64,000 bases of DNA, from assembly GCA_951812955.1 (NCBI GenBank), contig OX638340.1, positions 384,001 through 448,000 of the forward strand. The letters run 5' to 3'. The position numbers and the translations under genes are program-made. Under the pieces are notes generated by a model. That model was not told where the DNA came from. It saw only the letters and a list, made by a program, of their open reading frames with translations, and did not search any database. The stretch comes from an uncultured Gemmatimonadota bacterium (GTDB taxonomy: Bacteria; JAAXHH01). Of the stretch, positions 56,812 through 64,000 are shown piece by piece (positions within the stretch are counted from its first letter, which is position 1; the number at the start of each line of letters is the position of its first letter).

Positions 56812-57768
56812 TCAATCGCGCAGCTCCGCCCGGATGCGGTCGGCCAGCCTCATCGTCTCCACAGCCTCCTCCAGCCCCGCCGCGGGCAGATCCACGGGCC
56901 GGTCCTCCTTGATGCAGTCGATGAGGAAGCGGGCCTGTTCGGCCGTTCCGGCGGATTCCACCGTGTCGAGCACTTCTTCTTTGCCGTCCCGCTGTACCAC
57001 TGCTCTCTTCACGCCTTCCAGGTAGGCCGAACAGTCCCTGCCGTGGATTTCATAGCGCTCCAGGCGGGCGTCCGTCGTGAAATTGGCTGTGAGCTGGGCC
57101 ACGCACCCATTTTCGAATCGTAAGAGCGCCGCGTAGACGTCGACATATCGAGAATGAGCCCTGCGGGCGACGGCATGGACTTCGGCGATGGGAGAACTGC
57201 CCGCCAGGGACCGGGTCAGGTCGATGGCGTGGATCGGCGTCTCGTAGATGAAGTTGTCCAGCAGATGGTCTGGGAAGGGCCGTTCACGCAGGCGCGTCAT
57301 GCTCTTGTGAAATTCCGCCACGATCTGGGTGACGGGTCCCCGCTCCTCGATCATGCCTCGGGCCTTGCAGATCAGGGAATGGAACCGGCGGTTCCAGCCG
57401 ACCAGCACCTTCGCTCCGGATGCGTTGGCGGCGTCGCGGAGCCCCTCGGCTTCCGCGCCCGACAGGCCGGGCGGCTTTTCAATGAGCGCGTGCACACCGG
57501 CCTGTATGACGGGCAGCGCGCATTGGCCGTTCAGGTGGGCCGGCGTCGCGACTACCGCCAGGTCCAGATCTTCCATCGACAGCATGTCCTCGATATCTTC
57601 GTATCGCCGCGGGACTGCGTTTTCCTCAGCCACCCGGTCGCGCAGTTCCTTCACCGGATCGCACACGGCCACGAACCGCAGGTCGTCGAAGGTCTTCATG
57701 GTCTCGAGATGACCGCGACCCCGCCCTCCGCATCCGATCAGGGCGGCTTTTAAGACTGTTTCCGGCAT
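56812..57768 (-). CDS. Gfo/Idh/MocA-family NAD(P)-dependent oxidoreductase
   Basis: LKAALIGCGGRGRGH Rossmann start. ATG 57768 with GGAG upstream preferred over the track TTG start at 57831. Confidence 0.75.
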   Translation of the reverse strand: MPETVLKAALIGCGGRGRGHLETMKTFDDLRFVAVCDPVKELRDRVAEENAVPRRYEDIEDMLSMEDLDLAVVATPAHLNGQCALPVIQAGVHALIEKPPGLSGAEAEGLRDAANASGAKVLVGWNRRFHSLICKARGMIEERGPVTQIVAEFHKSMTRLRERPFPDHLLDNFIYETPIHAIDLTRSLAGSSPIAEVHAVARRAHSRYVDVYAALLRFENGCVAQLTANFTTDARLERYEIHGRDCSAYLEGVKRAVVQRDGKEEVLDTVESAGTAEQARFLIDCIKEDRPVDLPAAGLEEAVETMRLADRIRAELRD

Positions 57769-57847
57769 TTGGGTTGCTCCGGTTGCGGTGGTGAGCATCC
57801 TCTGCGAAGCGTATATTACTATAAGTTGCAATCACCACGGTATATTG

Positions 57848-57911
57848 CTTGACGCGTGCAATGCTAGACGCGTGCAATGATTGACGCATGCTTTGCTTGA
57901 CGCGTGCAATG
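57848..57911. repeat. 4 x 16-bp tandem direct repeat cTTGACGCGTGCAATG in the divergent intergenic region
   Basis: cttgacgcgtgcaatg / ctagacgcgtgcaatg / attgacgcatgctttg / cttgacgcgtgcaatg. Each unit contains the ACGCGT palindrome and a TTGAC(G) -35-like hexamer. Confidence 0.8.
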
Positions 57912-57964
57912 TATCGCCATTTCTTCTGCAAGTAAACCCACCATTATCGAACGGTGATTCCTGC

Positions 57965-58702
57965 ATGCTGGATCTCGACTTTTTCAGGCAAAACGGATAC
58001 GTCAACCTCGGCCGGGTTTTCGTTGGCGAGGAATTGAACCGTTTTGTCGAACTGTACGACCAGGACCGGTCGAATCGGGGTTGCTTCTGGCATCCCATTT
58101 CCAATCACGGCCACCAGACCCTGAACTGCGAGCCCCTGATCTCCTCGCCGGAGATCGACGGACTGATCCGCCACCCCAAGTTAATCAAACCGATCGAGAC
58201 CATTTTCCAGGGCCCCAGCTGTCTCGGTGAAGTCTGCCTGCGCCACATGGTCCCGCGCGACGGCGAACCGGAGGAGATCTGGCACCGGGACCGGCCGCAT
58301 GCGAAGGACCGGCCCTACCGGTGCGGCTTCCTGCAGATGATGCTCTACCTGACCGACGTGCACGAGGGCACGCACTGCTTTTCAATCTCTCCCGAGCCCT
58401 GCGACGGTCCTGTGCTCGATACAAAAGAGCAGCTCGACCAGCGGGGCGCGGTCCATCTGCACGGACCGGCCGGTACCGTCATTCTCTTCAACCTTTCCGT
58501 GCTGCACGCCGCAACGGTTCGGATCACCCCGCACGAACGCAAGACCGTCCAGATCTACTACGGCCATCGCGATGGTCCTGTGCTGAGCGACTGTACTTTG
58601 ATTCCCACTAGTTTCTGGCGGGACCATCCCGACCCCGAGGTGCGGGGTTTCTACGGCCTGATGACCAGCCGTTCCAGGCAATATGCCGAGGCCTTTGGCT
58701 GA
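57965..58702 (+). CDS. PhyH-family Fe(II)/2-oxoglutarate dioxygenase
   Basis: HxD...H pattern (WHRDRPHAKD...HEGTHC...VLHAA). Alternative start at 57881 would lie inside repeat unit 3. Confidence 0.7.
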   Translation: MLDLDFFRQNGYVNLGRVFVGEELNRFVELYDQDRSNRGCFWHPISNHGHQTLNCEPLISSPEIDGLIRHPKLIKPIETIFQGPSCLGEVCLRHMVPRDGEPEEIWHRDRPHAKDRPYRCGFLQMMLYLTDVHEGTHCFSISPEPCDGPVLDTKEQLDQRGAVHLHGPAGTVILFNLSVLHAATVRITPHERKTVQIYYGHRDGPVLSDCTLIPTSFWRDHPDPEVRGFYGLMTSRSRQYAEAFG

Positions 58703-58777
58703 GTCATGGGTAGAATCAATGGCCAGGATGGGACCGTCTGTTGAGGTTGGTACAAACTGGCACAAATTGGAGAGCGA

Positions 58778-59833
58778 ATGTCGAATAAACGTCCTCAGGT
58801 ACTCATCGCATGCAGCGAACGCGTCCGAAATGGATACATGCCGCCAAAGGAACTGGCCCGTCTCGAGGAGTTTGCCGATTGGACATGGTTCCACTGCGAG
58901 GGCGGCGGGATCTACGATACCAGTTCGGATCCCGAGACCACGGTGCAACTGGCGAAGGAAATGGCCGGGGTGGACGCGCTCGTCGTCTGCCACGGCGCGC
59001 CGAGGGTTGGCGCCGAAGTCCTGGATGCCGCGCCGCGGCTCCGTTTTGTCGGCGAACTGGAAGGAGACCGTTTCGCCGCGCGGCTTGACCTGGAATCGAT
59101 GTGGTCCCGTGGCATCAGCACGATAGATACGACCAACGGCTCCACCTATCCGGTAGCGGAATGGGCCCTGGGGCTGACGCTGATCTCCATGCGCAATGCC
59201 GGGGCACTCTTTCGTAGGATCATCGAACGCAATACGCAGGATCGTGATCTCATTCAGCCCATGGCGGGCATCCTTACCGGCAAAAGAGTGGGATTGATCG
59301 GCGGCGGGCACATGGGACGGCGGCTGATGAAGCTGCTACGACCCTTCGATGTGGAATTGTGGGTCCATGATCCGTACCTGCCGCAGGAATTGCCCGAAGC
59401 GCTGGGATTCCTGCAGACCTCGCTGGACAATGTGCTTTCCAAGTGCAACGCGATCATCTGCGTGGCGCCCCTCACGCCGAAGACCCAGGGCATGATCGGG
59501 CAGCGCGAACTGGACCTCATCCCTTCTGGCTCGGTGTTCGTGAATGTTTCGCGGGGGCCGATCGTCGACTCGGCAGCCCTGATCGAGCGCCTCAAGCGCA
59601 ATGATATCGCCGCGGGGCTGGACGTTTTCGATCCGGAGCCCATCCCCGAAGACAGCGAAATCATCGGCCTGCCCAATGTTTTCCTGACACCCCACTTCTC
59701 CGGACGCACGGGTGAAGAATACCCCCACTTCTTCGGCTTCATGGTCGATGAACTGGAACGGTTCTTCTCCGGTCACGAGACCTGGTTCAACCTGACGCCG
59801 CGATCGAAAGCCAACCGCGAGGGACAATCGTGA
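58778..59833 (+). CDS. D-isomer-specific 2-hydroxyacid dehydrogenase (NAD-binding)
   Basis: GLIGGGHMGRRL Rossmann motif; catalytic R/E/H region (VSRGPIVD...TPHFSG). Confidence 0.8.
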   Translation: MSNKRPQVLIACSERVRNGYMPPKELARLEEFADWTWFHCEGGGIYDTSSDPETTVQLAKEMAGVDALVVCHGAPRVGAEVLDAAPRLRFVGELEGDRFAARLDLESMWSRGISTIDTTNGSTYPVAEWALGLTLISMRNAGALFRRIIERNTQDRDLIQPMAGILTGKRVGLIGGGHMGRRLMKLLRPFDVELWVHDPYLPQELPEALGFLQTSLDNVLSKCNAIICVAPLTPKTQGMIGQRELDLIPSGSVFVNVSRGPIVDSAALIERLKRNDIAAGLDVFDPEPIPEDSEIIGLPNVFLTPHFSGRTGEEYPHFFGFMVDELERFFSGHETWFNLTPRSKANREGQS

Positions 59834-61269
59834 CACGACCCAATCTGCTCTACATTTTCACTGACCAGCAGCGTGCCGACACGCTGGCCTGCTACGGCAA
59901 TCACCAGATTGAAACCCCTGCGCTCAACAGACTGGCCGAGGACAGTTTCGTCTTCGAAAACGCCTACGTGAGCCAGCCCGTATGCAGTCCGGCCCGGGCA
60001 ACCATGCTTACCGGCCTCTGGCCCCACACGGCGGGCGTCCCGTCCTGCAACGTACCGCTGGCCTGCGACAAGCCGACCATCGCCGAGATGCTTCCGGCGG
60101 AATACGATACGGCCTTCATGGGGAAGTGGCACCTGGGAGACGAGATCTTCCCCCAGCACGGCTTTAAGACCTGGGTGGGTACGGAAGACCAATATCGAAG
60201 CGGATACTCGGAAACGGATCGGTTGGCCGAAGTCAGCGACTATCATCACTTCCTCGTGGATAAGGGGCACACGCCCGACATCGAGCTGCTGGGACAAAGG
60301 GTTTTTTCGAGACACTATGCGGCGTCCCTGCCCGAGGAATCCACCAAGGCATGGTACCTGGGCGAACGGGCGGCCGACTACATCAATAATCAGGGCGACG
60401 ACCCCTTCACCCTGTGCGTCAGCTACCTGGAACCCCATCCTCCGCACACCGGTCCGTTGAACGACTTCTACAACCCGGACAGCCTGCCGACCGGGCCGGC
60501 CTTCATGCGGCAGCCACCCTTCGACGCACCGCTTCTCGTCCGTTTGATGGCGGCCTTCTACATGCAGTCGGAGAACTACGGACTGGATCTGCGGACCGAG
60601 GCGGGCTGGCGGGCCTTGATGGCACGGTACTGGGGCAACGTTACCCTGGTGGACCGTTCGGTGGGGAGGATTTTGAAAGCCCTCGAAGAAAGCGGCAAGG
60701 CCGATGACACCATCGTCGTGTTCACTTCGGACCACGGAGAGTTGATGGGCGATCATGGCATCCTAGGCAAGACGCTCATGTACGAGGAGTCCATCAAGGT
60801 GCCGATGTTGCTGCGCGCGCCCATGCTGGATCACGAATCGCGACAAATCGGCGGCCGGTTCAGCCATATCGACCTCGTGCCCACCCTGATGGAGTTATTG
60901 GGCCTCGAGCGACCGGACAGGTTGCAAGGTCGAAGCCGCGTGCCCGTGCTGCAGGGGCACGAGAACCTGGATAATGATGATGTGTTCGTCGAGTGGAGCG
61001 GAGAGGACGGCCATGCGCGGGCCGGACTTGGGGAAGCCGAACCGAACCAGAGCATGGTGCATCAGAACCGGACGATCGTGACCGCGGAGGGATGGAAACT
61101 CAACCTGTACGGAAAAGGGCAGGGAGAGCTGTACGATTTGAACAACGATCCCTGTGAATTGGTGAACCTGTTTCATCGGGGTGAGCAGGCGGGACGGATC
61201 GGAGATCTGACGCAGCGGATTCGGGCGTGGCAGGAGGAGACTGGGGATGGGGTGGAGTTGGGGGTATAG
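59830..61269 (+). CDS. Sulfatase (formylglycine-dependent arylsulfatase family)
   Basis: NLLYIFTDQQRAD and CSPARATMLTG (C-x-P-x-R formylglycine motif). GTG start overlapping the upstream stop (GTGA). Confidence 0.85.
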   Translation: MTRPNLLYIFTDQQRADTLACYGNHQIETPALNRLAEDSFVFENAYVSQPVCSPARATMLTGLWPHTAGVPSCNVPLACDKPTIAEMLPAEYDTAFMGKWHLGDEIFPQHGFKTWVGTEDQYRSGYSETDRLAEVSDYHHFLVDKGHTPDIELLGQRVFSRHYAASLPEESTKAWYLGERAADYINNQGDDPFTLCVSYLEPHPPHTGPLNDFYNPDSLPTGPAFMRQPPFDAPLLVRLMAAFYMQSENYGLDLRTEAGWRALMARYWGNVTLVDRSVGRILKALEESGKADDTIVVFTSDHGELMGDHGILGKTLMYEESIKVPMLLRAPMLDHESRQIGGRFSHIDLVPTLMELLGLERPDRLQGRSRVPVLQGHENLDNDDVFVEWSGEDGHARAGLGEAEPNQSMVHQNRTIVTAEGWKLNLYGKGQGELYDLNNDPCELVNLFHRGEQAGRIGDLTQRIRAWQEETGDGVELGV

Positions 61270-61346
61270 CGATACTAGCGTCAATCTCATCTCAGTAAGC
61301 ACACTCACTGAAAGATGATCCGGAACGATACAAGGAAATCCAGAAC

Positions 61347-62153
61347 ATGGCCATGACCGACGAAGAACGCTTCCGATTCGACTTGACCGGATTTTTAGTG
61401 CGCCCGGCCATTCTCACGGCGGACGAAGTAAAAGAAATCCGAGAGCAGATCTACCTGATCAAGCACGATCCGGAGTCGCTCCCGCCCGAACATCGAGACG
61501 TCCCCGGTGGACCGTCGAGCATTCTAATCGATCATCCCGCTGTCATCGACGTCATCTCGGAGATCATCAGTCCCGATTTTCGGCTGGAGAACTGCAGTTG
61601 TGTCTGGCGCAATAAGGGGGAAGAACACGGGGAACTTCACGGCGGGGGTCCCAACCAGATCGATCCCATTTTTGGCTACCGCGTGCAGCGGGAACGCATC
61701 TATGCTGGTATGGTCCGGGTGATTTTCGAGTTTACGGATATAAAAATGGAGGACCAGAGCACGCACTTCGTGGTAGGCAGCCACAAGGCCAACTTCCCCA
61801 TGCATCCAGATCACAAGTCGTTGGAGCCTGGGAAACGGAGTGATTTCCTGATGACTTATGCCTGTCCCGCAGGCAGCGCTGTGTTCTTCACCGAGAACCT
61901 GTGTCACGCCGGCCCCAAGTGGAACCGGGACGAGCCCAGGGTTACCGTCCTCAACGCCTATTCCCACCTGGCCACCCACTGGCACCGGTTGAAAACTCCG
62001 CCAGAGGTCATTGCTGGGCTGCCTCGCGAGAAGCAGGTCTACTTCCGCGAAACGTGGATCGCCGATTTTCGATCGAATCCTGCCACGATCAATACAGCGG
62101 AACGCTTCCTGGGCAACGACGAACCGCCCATAGACTCGGATAACGAACCCTAG
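61347..62153 (+). CDS. PhyH-family Fe(II)/2-oxoglutarate dioxygenase
   Basis: 268 aa; DLTGFLVRPAILTADEV start; HxD/E...H candidates. Confidence 0.7.
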   Translation: MAMTDEERFRFDLTGFLVRPAILTADEVKEIREQIYLIKHDPESLPPEHRDVPGGPSSILIDHPAVIDVISEIISPDFRLENCSCVWRNKGEEHGELHGGGPNQIDPIFGYRVQRERIYAGMVRVIFEFTDIKMEDQSTHFVVGSHKANFPMHPDHKSLEPGKRSDFLMTYACPAGSAVFFTENLCHAGPKWNRDEPRVTVLNAYSHLATHWHRLKTPPEVIAGLPREKQVYFRETWIADFRSNPATINTAERFLGNDEPPIDSDNEP

Positions 62154-62211
62154 AATCAATCCTTGAAAGTATGGGGCCGGTTGGGTTGGATGCCTGGTCC
62201 GCTACAGCACG

Positions 62212-63429
62212 CTAGGGCCTTACGATGCTGCCATCCGCCCTCCGGTCCTCCGCGGCATAGCGCGGCATAGCCGCATCCTCTGCGTCCAGCAACCTGGCCG
62301 CTGCGTCCTCGTCGATGTCCAGCCCCAATCCCGGATTGTCGTTCGCGTAGAGATGCCCGTCCGCCAGCACGCACGCCCCGGGGAACGCCGCGTATTCCGA
62401 TTCGCTGAAGGTGTTCTCTTCCTGGATCCCGAAGCTCCAGCTTGACATGTCGAGATGAACGGCCGCGGCCTGGTTGACCGGGTCGTTGTCTCCCCCTTCC
62501 TGCCAGGCCGTGTTGATGCCGAAGGATTCGCACAGGTTCGCGATCTTCCGGCACGGGGTGATGCCGCCCGCCTTGGAAACCCGTACCCGGACGTAATCGA
62601 TCAGGCGCTCGGTGATGAGGGGCGTCCATTCGTGGGGATTCACGAAGAGTTCGCCCATGGCCTGCGGCGTCGTGCATTGCTCCCGAATCAGGCGGTACCA
62701 CTGGACCTGCTCGGGGGACAGGACGTCCTCCAGAAAGAACAGGCGGTAGGGTTCGAGGCGCTTGGACAGGGCGACAGCGGACTGGGGCCGCAGGTGCTCG
62801 TGGACGTCATGGGTCAGTTTGGGGCCGAATCCGAGCTTCGAGCGCAGATACTCGAACATGTTCGGAATGGCCTCGATGTAGGCCTCGTCGTCGAAGACCT
62901 GGTCTGCGGGCCAGGCGTTGGCGGGGCGAGGTGCGTCTTCCGATGGAATGAACCCCCCGCCGCCGTAACCACCCAGCTGGCAGCGGACCACAGGAAACCC
63001 TTCATCAAGGTAGCCCTGTATGGCTTCCAGCAGGGTTTCGGGGGTACCACCGCCCGCGTGGGCGTAGCAGGGGACGGCGCTCCGGCAAGCGCCGCCCAGG
63101 AGCTGGTAGACGGGCATCCCCGCCTCCTTGCCCTTGATGTCCCACAGCGCCATGTCGATGCCGCTCAGAGCCGTGTTGGTGATGGCCCCGTTCCGCCAGT
63201 ACCCGCTCGTGTAGAAGGTCTGCCAGATGTCCTCGATGCGGCTGACGTCGCGGCCGATGAGTTTCGGGGCCAGCATGGACTCGATGGCCTCGATGACGGC
63301 GCCCTGGTGGTAGTGGTCGCTCGCCGATCCGATGCCGTGCAGTCCGGGCTGGTTCGTGGTGATCTTGACGATGCCCCAGGTTCCGTTCGATCGCGTCCGG
63401 ATACACTTCACCCCGGTGATGGTGGTCAC
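62212..63429 (-). CDS. Enolase-superfamily D-mannonate dehydratase-like (ManD/RspA subgroup)
   Basis: KITTNQPGLHGIGSA...RIEDIWQTFYTSGYWRNG...DMALWDIKGKEAGMPVYQLLGG closely follows the ManD-subgroup consensus. Confidence 0.8.
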   Translation of the reverse strand: MTTITGVKCIRTRSNGTWGIVKITTNQPGLHGIGSASDHYHQGAVIEAIESMLAPKLIGRDVSRIEDIWQTFYTSGYWRNGAITNTALSGIDMALWDIKGKEAGMPVYQLLGGACRSAVPCYAHAGGGTPETLLEAIQGYLDEGFPVVRCQLGGYGGGGFIPSEDAPRPANAWPADQVFDDEAYIEAIPNMFEYLRSKLGFGPKLTHDVHEHLRPQSAVALSKRLEPYRLFFLEDVLSPEQVQWYRLIREQCTTPQAMGELFVNPHEWTPLITERLIDYVRVRVSKAGGITPCRKIANLCESFGINTAWQEGGDNDPVNQAAAVHLDMSSWSFGIQEENTFSESEYAAFPGACVLADGHLYANDNPGLGLDIDEDAAARLLDAEDAAMPRYAAEDRRADGSIVRP

Positions 63430-63522
63430 GTTCCGCTCCTTGGATTGCGGTGTAGTTGCAGTCGCACGGCTTGTGTTGAATCTGTGTTGGACCAGTGTTT
63501 CGGATGCTACGGGCTACGGTGT

Positions 63523-64000
63523 CTAATCGGCCGTTACCCGCTCGCCGTCCATGAGAAAGGGCTCCGCGTTGCTCCAGTTTCGTGTCCCGTCCTCTGTGAG
63601 GATCGGTTCCGCCGAGTACTGGGTCAGGTATACGCGACGCCAGCCGTCTGAGGTATTCGTACTGCTTCTGTGGAAGGAGACGCTGGAGAATACCAGGATA
63701 CTTCCGGCCGGCGCGACCACCGGTATGCCGGGATCATCGCCGTAATAGCCTATCTTGTCGTTGGATTCATCCAGGATGCTGTGTTCCTGCCGGTGCCGGG
63801 TCCCCGCACGGGAGAAGGGCAGGACATAGACCGTGCCGTTTTCCTCGTTCACGTCGTCCAGGGCGGCCCAGCAGCTCATGTAGGGCCGGTGGTCGAATCC
63901 CACGTAGCCCGAATCCTGGTGCCAGCCGAACTTCATGCCGACTTCGGGTCCCTTCACCACGAACTGCTCATGGAACAGGTAGGCGGTGGGTCCCAGGGTG
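63523..64000 (-). CDS. PhyH-family dioxygenase, 3' part only (gene continues beyond the window end)
   Basis: WHQDSGY...H pattern. The ORF is open at the window edge. Confidence 0.6.
   Translation of the reverse strand, partial: TLGPTAYLFHEQFVVKGPEVGMKFGWHQDSGYVGFDHRPYMSCWAALDDVNEENGTVYVLPFSRAGTRHRQEHSILDESNDKIGYYGDDPGIPVVAPAGSILVFSSVSFHRSSTNTSDGWRRVYLTQYSAEPILTEDGTRNWSNAEPFLMDGERVTAD

Overview
High-GC (~60%) bacterial chromosomal segment. No rRNA, no CRISPR array and no cas genes were seen; there is one tRNA. By region:

- 1-17.2 kb: conserved housekeeping block on the + strand. It contains scpA-scpB-rluB-rpsA-mtaB, tRNA-Arg(CCG) with a tRNA-3'-end duplication and a degenerate serine-recombinase remnant, rimP-nusA-ylxQ-infB-ylxP(DUF503)-rbfA-ribF-rpsO-pnp, an M16 peptidase, dut, and a DUF360 membrane protein.
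- 17.6-29 kb: accessory/metabolic region. It holds a 482-aa enolase-superfamily protein; an ~800-bp AT-rich ORF-free island carrying ~15 TTGTACAA-type palindromes spaced at ~21 bp; an MDR dehydrogenase; a MoaD/ThiS-like carrier plus a PII-like small protein plus a coiled-coil OmpA-family protein; an RraA-like protein and a formiminotransferase; a tightly packed Rrf2 regulator - CysK/CysM-like enzyme - MoaD/CysO-like carrier (GG followed by a 33-aa Gly/Pro tail) - ThrB-like kinase operon; and a family III CoA-transferase.
- 29-35.3 kb: ilvB-ilvN-ilvC-leuA-leuB on the minus strand. The ilvN-ilvC spacer consists of 3 tandem 44-bp copies of the ilvN 3' end.
- 35.6-45.1 kb: TPR membrane protein, class V aminotransferase, an ECF sigma / ZAS-HEAT anti-sigma / DUF4097 operon, tatA, a SelW/Rdx-like selenoprotein (in-frame TGA in a CxxU motif plus a SECIS-like hairpin; the ORF track splits it), and a STAS antagonist translationally coupled to an 845-aa PHP-domain metallohydrolase.
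- 45.1-64 kb: BCCT transporter, TonB-dependent receptor, methyltransferase, second STAS protein, RibD-C-like reductase, lipoprotein, aldo/keto reductase, penicillin-acylase-family amidase, Gfo/Idh/MocA oxidoreductase, three PhyH-family dioxygenases, a 2-hydroxyacid dehydrogenase, a sulfatase and a ManD-like dehydratase (a putative sulfated-substrate catabolic locus).

The best candidates for an undescribed system, in order: (1) the Rrf2-CysK-carrier-ThrB operon, a predicted protein-thiocarboxylate route to homocysteine or cysteine, possibly fed by O-phosphohomoserine; (2) the selenoprotein gene hidden behind its in-frame TGA; (3) the phased palindrome array in the AT-rich island.
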